Position numbers and translations under genes: made by a program. The notes under the pieces were generated by a model, which worked only from the letters and a program-made list of their open reading frames with translations, searched no databases and was not told the DNA's origin. A stretch of 64,000 bases of DNA from Macrostomum lignano (lineage: Eukaryota). Of the stretch, positions 24,161 through 41,391 are shown piece by piece. The number at the start of each line of letters is the position of its first letter. Within the stretch, counting starts at the first letter, position 1. The stretch spans positions 19,635 through 83,634 of the forward strand of contig NIVC01001215.1 of assembly GCA_002269645.1 (NCBI GenBank), read 5' to 3'.

Positions 24161-26786
24161 ATGGCCGAAATTGAGAAGCTGCTCATCTGCGCTGCTGTCT
24201 TCTGTAAGCTCGAACTCCAGTGCTTATTCTATGCGGATTTTACCTACTAGATTTACAGACTCAATTTGAATAATTCTTTCCTCTTTCAGTGCTCCAGGCA
24301 AACCTGGCAAGCACCGACTGCTACAACGGCACTCACTTTAACGTCAGGCCGGGTTTTCCGACAAAAATGCCCAAGTGCACCCCGACCACGGCCGGAAATT
24401 GCTACGAGATTTTGCACAAATTCACTGAGTCTTTGGTGAGTGTTTGGTCGTATTTGCAGTGACCAACCTGCCGCTGGCTCCCCTGCACTGCTGCTGACTC
24501 CCTGCACTGCTGCTGGCTCCCCTTCACTGCTTCTGGCTCCCTGCACTGCTGCTGGCTCCCCTTCACTGCTTCTGGCTCCCTGCACTGCTGCTGGCTCCCT
24601 GCACTGCTGCTGGCTCCCTGCACTGCTGCTGGCTCCCTGCACTGCTGCTGGCTCCCTGCACTGCTGATGACTCCCCTGCACTGCTGCTTGCTCCCTGCAC
24701 TGCTGCTGGCTCCCTGCACTGCTGCTTGCTCCCTGCACTGCTGCTGGCTCCCTGCACTGCTGCTGGCTCCTCTCAAGCTCAGCTTCAACACCTGTTGATT
24801 TCAGAGACTGTTTATGGGCTGCGACAAATGCCCTGACGCAATAAAGAGCGTGAAGTACGACTTTGGAGCAAAAAAGTTAACCATTTCCGACTGCTCGGAG
24901 ACCTCCGGCTCCGGCCTGTCCAACACCAAGTGGGGGAACAAGATTAAGAGCTATGTTCTCCAATCTGAGGTCTGCTCATTTGAGGACGCAACCGGCTCGA
25001 AAGGCACCATTCTCTGCAAGCCCAAGGAGAATTGCATGGCGGCCGTCATGTCGACCACCCCGAAGGTAAGAGGGCTCAGTGAGCAGTAGGATGAGACCTG
25101 CAATAGACCTTGCAAGCCACCCTACAAGCCACTCTACAAGCCACTCTACAAGCCACCCTAAAAGGTACCCTACAAGCCACGCTACAAGGTACCTTATAAG
25201 CCACCCTACAAGCCACTCTACAAGCCACCCTACAAGCCACTCTACAAGCCACTCTACAAGCCACCCTACAAGGTACCCTACAAGCCAACCTACAAGGTAC
25301 CCTACAAGCCACCCTACAAGCCACCCTACAAGCCACCCTACAAGCCACCCTACAAGCCACTCTACAAGCCACCCTACAAGCCACTCTACAAGCCACTCTA
25401 CAAGCCACCCTAAAAGGTACCCTACAAGGTATCCTACAAGCCACCCTACAAGGTACCCTACAAGCCACCCTACAAGCCACCCTACAAGGTACCCTACAAG
25501 CCACCCTACAAGCCACCCTACAAGCCACCCTACAAGGTACCCTACAAGCCACCCTACAAGCCACCCTACAAGCCACTCTACAAGCCACCCTACAAGCCAC
25601 TCTACAAGCCACTCTACAAGCCACCCTAAAAGGTACCCTACAAGGTACCCTACAAGCCACCCTACAAGGTACCCTACAAGCCACCCTACAAGCCACCCTA
25701 CAAGGTACCCTACAAGCCACCCTACAAGCCACCCTACAAGGTACCCTACAAGCCACCCTACAAGCCACCCTACAAGGTACCCTACAAGCCACCCTACAAG
25801 CCAACCTACAAGGTACCCTACAAGCCACCCTACAAGCCAACCTACAAGGTACCCTACAAGCCACCCTACAAGCCACTCTACAAGCCACCCTACAAGCCAC
25901 TCTACAAGCCACTCTACAAGCCACCCTAAAAGGTACCCTACAAGGTATCCTACAAGCCACCCTACAAGGTACCCTACAAGCCACTCTACAAGCCACCCTA
26001 CAAGCCACTCTACAAGCCACTCTACAAGCCACCCTAAAAGGTACCCTACAAGGTATCCTACAAGCCACCCTACAAGGTACCCTACAAGCCACCCTACAAG
26101 CCACCCTACAAGGTACCCTACAAGCCACCCTACAAGCCACCCTACAAGGTACCCTACAAGCCACCCTACAAGCCACCCTACAAGCCACTCTACAAGCCAC
26201 CCTACAAGCCACCCTACAAGGTACCCTACAAGCCACCCTACAAGCCACCCTACAAGCCACCCTACAAGCCACCCTACAAGGTACCCTACAAGCCACCCTA
26301 CAAGCCACCCTACAAGCCACCCTACAAGCCACTCTACAAGCCACTCTACAAGCCACCCTACAAGCCACCCTACAAGGTACCCTACAAGCCACCCTACAAG
26401 CCACCCTACAAGCCACCCTACAAGCCACCCTACAAGCCACCCTACAAGCCACCCTACAAGCCACCCTAGAATCCACCCTACAAGCCACCCTACAAGCCAC
26501 CCTACAAGGTACCCTACAAGCCACCCTACAAGCCACCCTACAATCCACCGTACCGCCCTGCCTGCCTGTTCGGCAGAAGCGGTTCCGCGGCTGCGCCAGC
26601 AACTGCAAGGAATTCAAGCTGTCGGACTGTCGGGAGTGCAAAGAGAAAAGCTGCGACCACCCAGCGTTCGACTCGGCTGGCAATTACATAAAAAAATCCG
26701 GCGCCATGCAGCGCGCCGCCAAGACTCAAATGGCGCTCGGCGTGCTGTTCGCCGCTGCGGTTCGCTGCGTCGTGGCGCGAATTTGA
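24161..26786 (+). CDS. 219-aa secreted, probably GPI-anchored, Cys-rich Ly6/uPAR (three-finger)-like protein with two domains
   Basis: Exons 24161-24203, 24290-24435, 24805-25065 and 26577-26786 in phase. Signal peptide MAEIEKLLICAAVFLLQANLA; second domain C..C..C..RGCASNC..CRECKEKSCD; hydrophobic C-terminal tail. Confidence 0.75.
24475..24770 (+). repeat. 19-bp intronic minisatellite CCCTGCACTGCTGCTGGCT
   Basis: Tandem units inside intron 24436-24804. Confidence 0.92.
25100..26545 (+). repeat. 12-bp intronic minisatellite CCACCCTACAAG, ~1.45 kb
   Basis: Fills intron 25066-26576; source of the 535-aa and 590-aa repeat ORFs. Confidence 0.95.
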
Positions 26787-27029
26787 GCGCGCCGCTGAGA
26801 TGCGCACTGAAACGGACTCTAAAAACTTGGAATAATTTGAAAGAACTTTGAAACCCCAACTTTTTTCTCAGTTTTTTGTTTAAATAAGCCTGACTAATTT
26901 TTCAGACTACTGCAGCGAAAATCTGAAAGCATTTTAAACGAATTTCTAACTATTTCCTTTACAGTTAAAGTCGACCTCTTGCTGTTGAATTCGACTCATA
27001 CGTAACAGCCTCTCTGTAGTTAATAAACA

Positions 27030-27790
27030 GGTCTCTGGCCTCTATAAACAGATCTCTCTGGCCTCTATAAACAGGTCTCTCTGGCCTCTATAAACAGATC
27101 TCTCTGTCCTCTATAAACAGGTCTCTGGCCTCTATAAACAGATCTCTCTGGCCTCTATAAACTTGTCTCTCTGGCCTCTATAAACAGGTCTCTGGCCTCT
27201 ATAAACAGATCTCTCTGGCCTCTATCAACTGGTCTCTCTGGACTCTATAAACAGGCCTATGGTTTTTATACACAGGCCTCTGGCCTCTGTAAACTGGTTT
27301 CTGTGGCCTCTATAAACTGGTTTCTGTGGCCTCTATAAACAGGTCTCTGGCCTCTATAAACAGATCTCTCTGGCCTCTATCAACTGGTCTCTCTGGCCTC
27401 TATAAACAGATCTCTCTGGCCTCTATAAACGGGTCTCTCTGGCCTCTATAAACAGGCCTATGGTTTCTATACACAGGCCTCTGGCCTCTGTAAACTGGTT
27501 TCTGTGGCCTCTTTAAACTGGTCTCTGTGGCCTCTATAAACTGGTCTCTGTGGCCTCTATAAACGGGTCTTTGTGGCCTCTATAAACTGGTCTCTGTGGT
27601 CTCTATAAACAGGCCTCTGGCCTCTGCAAACTGGTCTCTGTGGCCTCTGTAAACTGGTCTTTGTGGCCTCTATAAACTGGTCTCTGTGGCCTCTATAAAC
27701 GGGTCTTTGTGGCCTCTATAAACTGGTCTTTGTGGTCTCTATAAACAGGCCTCTGGCCTCTGTAAACTGGTTTCTGTGGCCTTTAAGAAC
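27030..27790 (+). repeat. ~21-23-bp minisatellite CTCTGGCCTCTATAAACAGGT
   Basis: Tandem degenerate units. Confidence 0.9.
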
Positions 27791-28324
27791 ATGTCTCTTT
27801 GGCCTCCATAAAAGACCAATCTGCAGTAAAACACCTTATTCAAAACCCTCTCTTATCGCCCATCCTCTCCCAAATCTTCCTTAATGTGCGGCCAATCCTC
27901 CTTAAATCCTCGGTCGAATGAAAGTTCAGACAGAATGGCTGGACAGGGCGGGCGGCCGCTCAGCAGGGGCCACGCCGGTGCACTCTGGCGTTAGTCAGTT
28001 TGAGCGGGGCCGGGCCGCTGACCCCTGTGCACCGGCCCGCAGGAGCAGCGACCCCAGGATATTCTGATTCCATTTTGATACGGCTGAGGAGGGCTGACAG
28101 CGGGCTTCGCCAGACAGAGGAGTGGAGATGAGGCGGGGGGCACAACAATGAGGCAGTGAGATCCAGACAGTCGCTGCTGAGTGGCCATTCACGGCCAGAG
28201 CGGTCAGCTCTGATCCAAAAACCCTGGGGCTCACAAAGCCGAACGGGGACTGCCACTGCTCCAGTTGAGCTGCTCGGGATGCAGCAGAGGGATGCTGCCA
28301 CCAACACCGAATGGACAGGTGAGA

Positions 28325-28615
28325 ATCTGATCTAGTCTATGTGCCTACCAGCCTGTCTCTGATCTAGTCTATGTGCCTACCAGCCAGTCTCTGATCTAGT
28401 CTATGTGCCTACCAGCCTGTCTCTGATCTAGTCTATCTGCCTACCACCCTGTCTCTGATCTAGTCTATCTGCCTAGAAGGTAGACATGGTAGATAAAGTA
28501 GACAAGGTAGACAAGGTAGATAAGGTAGATAAGGTAGACAAGGTAGGTAAGGTAGATAAGGTAGACAAGGTAGATAAGGTAGACAAGGTAGATAAGGTAG
28601 ACAAGGTAGATAAGG
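28325..28615 (+). repeat. Intronic 32-bp repeat followed by 9-bp GTAGAYAAG repeat
   Basis: Lies between donor gtgag at 28319 and acceptor at 28644. Confidence 0.85.
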
Positions 28616-28644
28616 CCACTCAGTTCCAATCAAATTTGCCGCAG

Positions 28645-29192
28645 AGCTGCGGGAGCCGCTGATGGTCAGCCCAACTTGCGGCGGTGCGCTGCACCACCCA
28701 GCCTCCTGGCAGCTGCCGACTCCACCGAATTTTCTGCCTCCGCCGTCTCCGTCAGATCCTTCATCGCCTCCTTTAACACCGCTGCCGCAGCTGCCGCCCC
28801 CGTCGCTGCCATCGCCGCCGTCACTGCCGAGGCCGCCAACCCCGCCGAAGCCGGCGCCCCGCCGCCGCTCGAACCGGTGCGAGTTCTGCGGCAAGCTGTT
28901 CAACAACTGCTCCAACCTCACCGTGCACCGCCGCAGCCACACGGGCGAGCAGCCCTACCGTTGCCAGCTGTGCGGCTACGCCTGCGCCCAGAGCAGCAAG
29001 CTCACCCGCCACATGCGAACCCACGGCGGAACCGCCAGCTCCAGCAACACCGCCAGCGCCGGCTTCTCCTGCCGCTACTGCGGCGCTCCGCTCATCGTGT
29101 CCAGCACGCTGGAGAAGCATGTCCGGCGGTGCCCGCGGGCTGGCCGGCCGCGTTGCCTGGCGACAGAGGCGCACGTGCAAGATGACGATTGA
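28645..29192 (+). CDS. BCL11: BCL11 (CTIP)-like transcription factor, terminal exon with the C-terminal triple zinc finger; preceding exon ends at 28318
   Basis: [64 protein letters not shown] closely matches the BCL11A/B C-terminal fingers; phase-1 junction tggacag|gtgag to gcag|ag. Confidence 0.85.
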
Positions 29193-29359
29193 TCGACTAA
29201 CTGATTGACTGATTGATTGACTAGTTGATCGATTGATCTATTTATTAATCGATTGATACGTTGATAGATAGATAGATGGATATCTAGCAACTTCGTTAAT
29301 TTGAGTGTTAGAAATGCTTAGTCAAGGCTAAAGTATTGGCATGAAAACTACATTTTTCT

Positions 29360-29850
29360 TGAACTGTCACTGTTATCCCACCGGTGCCACTATTAATTGT
29401 CACTGTTATCCCACCGGTGCCACTATTAAATGTCACTGTTATCCCACCGGTGCCAATATTAATTGTCACTGTTATCCCACCGGTGCCACTATTAATTGTC
29501 ACTGTTATCCCACCGGTGCCGCTATTAATTGTCACTGTTATCTCACCGGTGCCACTATTAATTGTCACTGTTATCCCACCGGTGCCACTATTAATTGTCA
29601 CTGTTGTCCCATCAGTGCCACTATTAATTGTCACTGTTATCCCACCGGTGCCACTATTAATTGTCACTGTTATCCCACCGGTGCCACTATTAATTGTCAC
29701 TGTTATCCCACCAGTGCCACTATTAATTGTCACTGTTATCCCACCGGTGCCACTATTAATTGTCACTGTTGTCCCACCGGTGCCACTAATTGCCACTGTT
29801 ATCCCACCGGTGCCACTATTAATTGTCACTGTTATCCCACCAGTGCCACT
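29360..29850 (+). repeat. 33-bp minisatellite TGTCACTGTTATCCCACCGGTGCCACTATTAAT
   Basis: About 15 tandem units. Confidence 0.95.
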
Positions 29851-30780
29851 ATCGGTGTGCAGCAAAATTGTTCACCAAATTTCAGCTTTGCATCAAAATC
29901 TTCTGGAGCTGCAGACAATGGCTGCAGATCTTAATTAAAAAAGGTAAAATATAAAAAGCAGTCTGAAGTTGCACTGTAATAAATTTTGCCAATTGCTCTC
30001 AGGCTATTCTAAAGCTAACCTTTCGCTGCAAGCACTGTCTTTACCTCTCTCTTTTTCCCTAGCAAAATCCTGAGACCATGCAGATATGCAGCAAAGGAAT
30101 TGTCAGCCGGCAAAAACCAAGCAACCCTCAGGCAGGCAGGCAGTGACGCCAGCCTCCACGCGCCCTGCTACCAGCGGCTTCAAAAAGCAGATTAAGGGTG
30201 AAGACACTCGGCAGGCGCGCAGAGGAGGCTGGGGGCGCGGGCCCACCTGCCCGACTCTCAAAGCTCCCAGCCACCCCACACCTGCAGTCAACTGAGGAGG
30301 AGAGCAGCCGAGGACAAGCCGGGTTGCCATCCCGTGGCTCTGCCCCCGGGGAAAGAAAAAGTTCTGCTCAAGTCTCCGTGAAGAGAGAGGGATGAAGCGG
30401 ATATTGTTCCAGCATCTCCCGGCAAAAATTGCCCTCTCCACAGTTTCCTGCAGCATCTCCAGCTCCCCGGCTCCGTGTCGCGCCGCTTACCCACTTTCTT
30501 CATCCGGCTGAGCCCAGAGTACGGATCCCAGCTCCCTGAGCTCGCGACTTCTCACAGACCGCCTCCCCAGCCTCCGCTGTTGCCAAGGCCACATCGGACA
30601 CAGAAGCTGCAAGACAAAGCCGAGGGTAAGAGAAGGAGGCCGGGGGAAGGAGGGTTGCAGCGGCTTCTCGGGATGAAGAGGCGGGCAGGTGGCCGATCTC
30701 GCAGCAAACTCTGAGTGAGCAGCTGCCGTAACTGCCCGCCAAACTGGGCCGAGACGTCAAGACGACTGCAGCAGCCCGCC

Positions 30781-36596
<5,816 letters not shown>

Positions 36597-36639
36597 CCGG
36601 CTGAAGCTGCTCCGATTGGACGAACATGCTCCGATTGTC

Positions 36640-37340
36640 TGTGTGTCTCAGTCCGTCTGCCTGTCTGTGTGTCTCAGTCCGTCTGCCTGTCTGTGTGTCT
36701 CAGTCCGTCTGCCTGTCTGTGTGCCTCAGTCCGTCTGCCGGTCTGTGTGTCTCAGTCCGTCTGCCTGTCTGTGTGTCTCAGTCCGTCTGCCTGTCTGTGT
36801 GTCTCAGTCCGTCTGCCTGTCTGTGTGCCTCAGTCCGTCTGCCTGTCTGTGTGCCTCAGTCCGTCTGCCTGTCTGTGTGTCTCAGTCCGTCTGCCTGTCT
36901 GTGTGTCTCAGTCTGTCTGCCTGTCTGTGTGTCTCAGTCCGTCCGCCTGTCTGTGTGTCTTAGTCCGTCCGCCTGTCTGTGTGTCTCAGTCCGTCTGCCT
37001 GTCTGTGTGTCTCAGTCCGTCTGCCTGTCTGTGTGCCTCAGTCCGTCTGCCTGTCTGTGTGTCTCAGTCCGTCTGCCTGTCTGTGTGTCTCAGTCCGTCT
37101 GCCTGTCTGTGTGTCTTAGTCCGTCTGCCTGTCTGTGTGTCTCAGTCCGTCTGCCTGTCTGTGTGTCTTAGTCCGTCCGCCTGTCTGTGTGTCTCAGTCC
37201 GTCTGCCTGTCTGTGTGTCTCAGTCCGTCTGCCTGTCTGTGTGCCTCAGTCCGTCTGCCTGTCTGTGTGTCTCAGTCCGTCTGCCTGTCTGTGTGTCTCA
37301 GTCCGTCTGCCTGTCTGTGTGTCTCCGTCTGTCTGCCTGT
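36640..37340 (+). repeat. 26-bp minisatellite CTCAGTCCGTCTGCCTGTCTGTGTGT
   Basis: Tandem units visible directly. Confidence 0.95.
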
Positions 37341-37964
37341 CTGTCAGCCCATCTATCTGTCTCCTCCTTATATAGCTTATAACGTTTTATAAAAATGTAA
37401 CTGTGTCAAACGGGAACTTATTATTGTTGCTTGTCCAAAGTTTCCCAGCCTATAATTATTCTTTTGCTTCATCAATTCTTCAATCTGCTGAACTTTCCTG
37501 CCGTCAAACATTTTGATAATTCAATTTTAAAACGGATTTTCAAGGCTTTTTCTAGACTTGCGGCCCGTCCTGGAGAGTTTCTATCCGAATTGCGGAGCGC
37601 AAATTTTTGCAGATGTCCCAGAAAAGTCGATCTGTCCAAAATGCACCGCGGTTTCCATCGAAGTAAACCAGTAAAATATTTTAATCCCCACCGCGTCACT
37701 GCTACGCCGTGTGCAGATTTCAAAATCGAGTCAGTTGTAAAGGCGAACCAATCCAAATCCATTTAAGGCATCTGAAGTGCAGGTGCCGCGGTAGCCAGCG
37801 CAGTTAAATTTCAAATTCATTGGAAATTTTACCATATGCAGCTGCACTTTCACTGCCGGGAGATTACGTCCGAATTTTCCCAGGGTACCCCTCGGACTTC
37901 GGCTGGGAGTTTCTAAACGAAGAGTTTGAATCAGAGCAGCAGGATGATGAGATACAGATATTCA

Positions 37965-39570
37965 GACTCAGACACCAACTGGGCGAGACTCGGACACCAA
38001 CTGGGCGAGACTCAGACACCAACTGGCTGAGACTCAGACACCAACTGGGTGAGACAGACACCAACTGGCTGAGACTCAGACACCAACTGGGCGAGACAGA
38101 CACCAACTGGGCGAGGCTCAGACACCAACTGGATGAGACTCAGACACCAACTGGGCGAGACTCAGGCACCAACTGGATGAGACTCAGACACCAACTGGGC
38201 GAGATTCAGACACCAACTGGGTGAGACTCAGACACCAAATGAGTGAGACTCAGACACCAAGTGAGAGAGACTCAGACACCAACTGGCTGAGACTCAAACA
38301 CCAACTGACTGAGACTCAGACACCAACTGGGTAAGACTCAGACACCAAGTGAGTGAGACTCAGACACCAACTGGGTGAGACAGACACCAACTGGGTGAGA
38401 CAGACACCAACTATGTGAGACTCAGACACCAACTGGGTGAGACAGACACCAACTGGGTGAGACAGACACCAACTGGGTGAGACAGACACCAACTATGTGA
38501 GACTCAGACACCAACTGAGTGAGACTCAGACACCAAGTGAGTGAGACTCAGACACCAAGTGAGTGAGACTCAGACACCAAGTGAGTGAGACTCAGACACC
38601 AAGTGAGTGAGACTCAGACACCAAGTGAGTGAGACTCAGACACCAACTGAGTGAGACTCAGACACCAAGTGAGTGAGACTCAGACACCAAGTGAGTGAGA
38701 CTCAGACACCAAGTGAGTGAGACTCAGACACCAAGTGAGTGAGACTCAGACACCAAGTGAGTGAGACTCAGACACCAAGTGAGTGAGACTCAGACACCAA
38801 CTGAGTGAGACTCAGACACCAACTGAGTGAGACTCAGACACCAAGTGAGTGAGACTCAGACACCAAGTGAGTGAGACTCAGACACCAAGTGAGTGAGACT
38901 CAGACACCAACTGAGTGAGACTCAGACACCAAGTGAGTGAGACTCAGACACCAAGTGAGTGAGACTCAGACACCAAGTGAGTGAGACTCAGACACCAAGT
39001 GAGTGAGACTCAGACACCAACTGAGTGAGACTCAGACACCAACTGAGTGAGACTCAGACACCAAGTGAGTGAGACTCAGACACCAAGTGAGTGAGACTCA
39101 GACACCAAGTGAGTGAGACTCAGACACCAACTGAGTGAGACTCAGACACCAACTGAGTGAGACTCAGACACCAAGTGAGTGAGACTCAGACACCAAGTGA
39201 GTGAGACTCAGACACCAAGTGAGTGAGACTCAGACACCAAGTGAGTGAGACTCAGACACCAACTGAGTGAGACTCAGACACCAAGTGAGTGAGACTCAGA
39301 CACCAAGTGAGTGAGACTCAGACACCAAGTGAGTGAGACTCAGACACCAAGTGAGTGAGACTCAGACACCAACTGAGTAAGACTCAGACACCAACTGAGT
39401 GAGACTCAGACACCAAGTGAGTGAGACTCAGACACCAAGTGAGTGAGACTCAGACACCAAGTGAGTGAGACTCAGACACCAACTGAGTGAGACTCAGACA
39501 CCAACTGAGTGAAACTCAGACACCAACTGAGTGAGACTCAGACACCAAGTGACTGAGACTCAGACACCAA
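37965..39570 (+). repeat. 22-bp minisatellite GAGACTCAGACACCAAGTGAGT, ~1.6 kb
   Basis: Tandem units visible directly. Confidence 0.95.
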
Positions 39571-41391
39571 CATGGCCAGACTCTGATACAACCCGGGCGT
39601 CATCAGCAGTGAGACCTTGTTACAGCTACTTCAAGAGCTCAGCCAGTGCTCAAATTCGCGAACTCAGTCCGACTCAGGCCAGAGGCACCCGGCCTGTCAC
39701 TGAGCGAGCACTCAGGCAGTCCCAGCAAATTGGTCAGTCCATTCCGATCTTTTCGAGCGAACCGGGGGGGGGGGGGAGGCGGCGGCGGCAGCCCAGTGCG
39801 CAGCGCCTCGGTCGGGTGAGCTCTTGATGTGCCGCGAGACCAGCAACTGTGTGTGGCACTCCGCTGACAGCCCCAAGCCTAGCAACATCCCCGCTGGGAC
39901 TCTCACGGTGCAGCAATAATTGCGGGTAGCCGAGGCTCAAAACAAACGCAAAGTAGGAATTATTCATCACTCGGCCGTGCCACAGACCCGCAACCCGCTT
40001 TAAAATATTGATTCCAATGAGCAGCATTGAAGGTAAAACTGGATCAACTTTTCCTGCAAATTTGGTGAAGCTTTGAGAACTGCGCTTTAAAGAACATTCT
40101 GAACTTACCCAGTGGGCTACTGCGTATGTTGTGAAATTGATTTGCACTGTAGTCTGTGCAGCTGAGGCAGAACATTTCCTACGACATCAGTGTAAACAAA
40201 TATTCTGTTTTAATTCTTACAGTAAGGTTCAGAGACACTGGTCTCTCTGGATGCTAACTTAAATCCTTGTTTAATCTGAAGCTGAAATGCAATAAGAATT
40301 CTGTGCTCTCCATGGCCAACTTCATCAGGTTCAAGCCACACTGCACAAAAGACTTGCATTTGGTGCAGTTATGGCCATAGACAGTAGTGTTTAGTCAGCC
40401 TACGGGTCAGCCTACAGCAGCCCGCCCGCTGAGATGTCTATGGCCAAAGACTAACCAAACGCGTTTCACAAGCCTTCAGGTTAGTAGCCTATCGAACACG
40501 AGCCAGCGGACCAGGGCTCGACTGTGGAGGCGACGAGCGCACCCCAGCTACACAATATCAAGCCATGGCGGCTGTGCACCCTGCAATAAGGGCATCTGCG
40601 TACAGCGGAACGGCCGCACATATCTTTGCCTTTAGCCTTTAAAGCAGCAAAGAAGTAAAACATATTAGAAGCATAAAACGAACGCCATGATTTTGGTAGA
40701 ACAGCGAAAATCAATTCCATGACAGCGGCTAATTAAATGTGCATTTATATCGCGAATCAGAGCGAGCGAAATATATTTTGTCCTCAGTGTCTGCCTGATA
40801 GAAAGGGCTTCAATAATTAGCAAGTTGGGATGGGGACTGACAATACAATTTGAATAGAATAAGTGAAGCATTTGCTACAATCAGCACAGCTAATGAACAG
40901 ATGCATGCAGTTATTGGAGAGGGGCTGCATACGCATGCAGATGCTCGCGCGCATTAGCAAACCTGCGCTCGTGGCAGCCAAAAAAGCGCGACGCCAAACA
41001 AAACGCAGCTCGCTACAGAAATTCGCGCCATCCAAAGTCAGCACGGGAGAGTCGCCTAACAAAACTGGATTTGTTTTAATTTAACAGCGACTGGGGTGTA
41101 CTTTTATGCGATCTAACAGCAACAGAGAGGTGAGCGGCAGAACGGGCATGAACAGCCTTCAAACCCCATTCATTGGAATGGGCGCCATTTCGAATACAGT
41201 TAAACTCAAATTCTGGAGCGGGACTCGGGGAGCATTCAAACAGATCAGTGAGAAGCCATTCAAGTCAGCCAGCCACATTGATTTCCGCACTACTCCGAGA
41301 AGTAGAAGGCTGTTAAACGGCTGTTAAACGGCTGTCATCCCTGCAAAGACGGAGAGGTCATCTGAAGTCACCTGGCAGACGGCGGCAGCGG

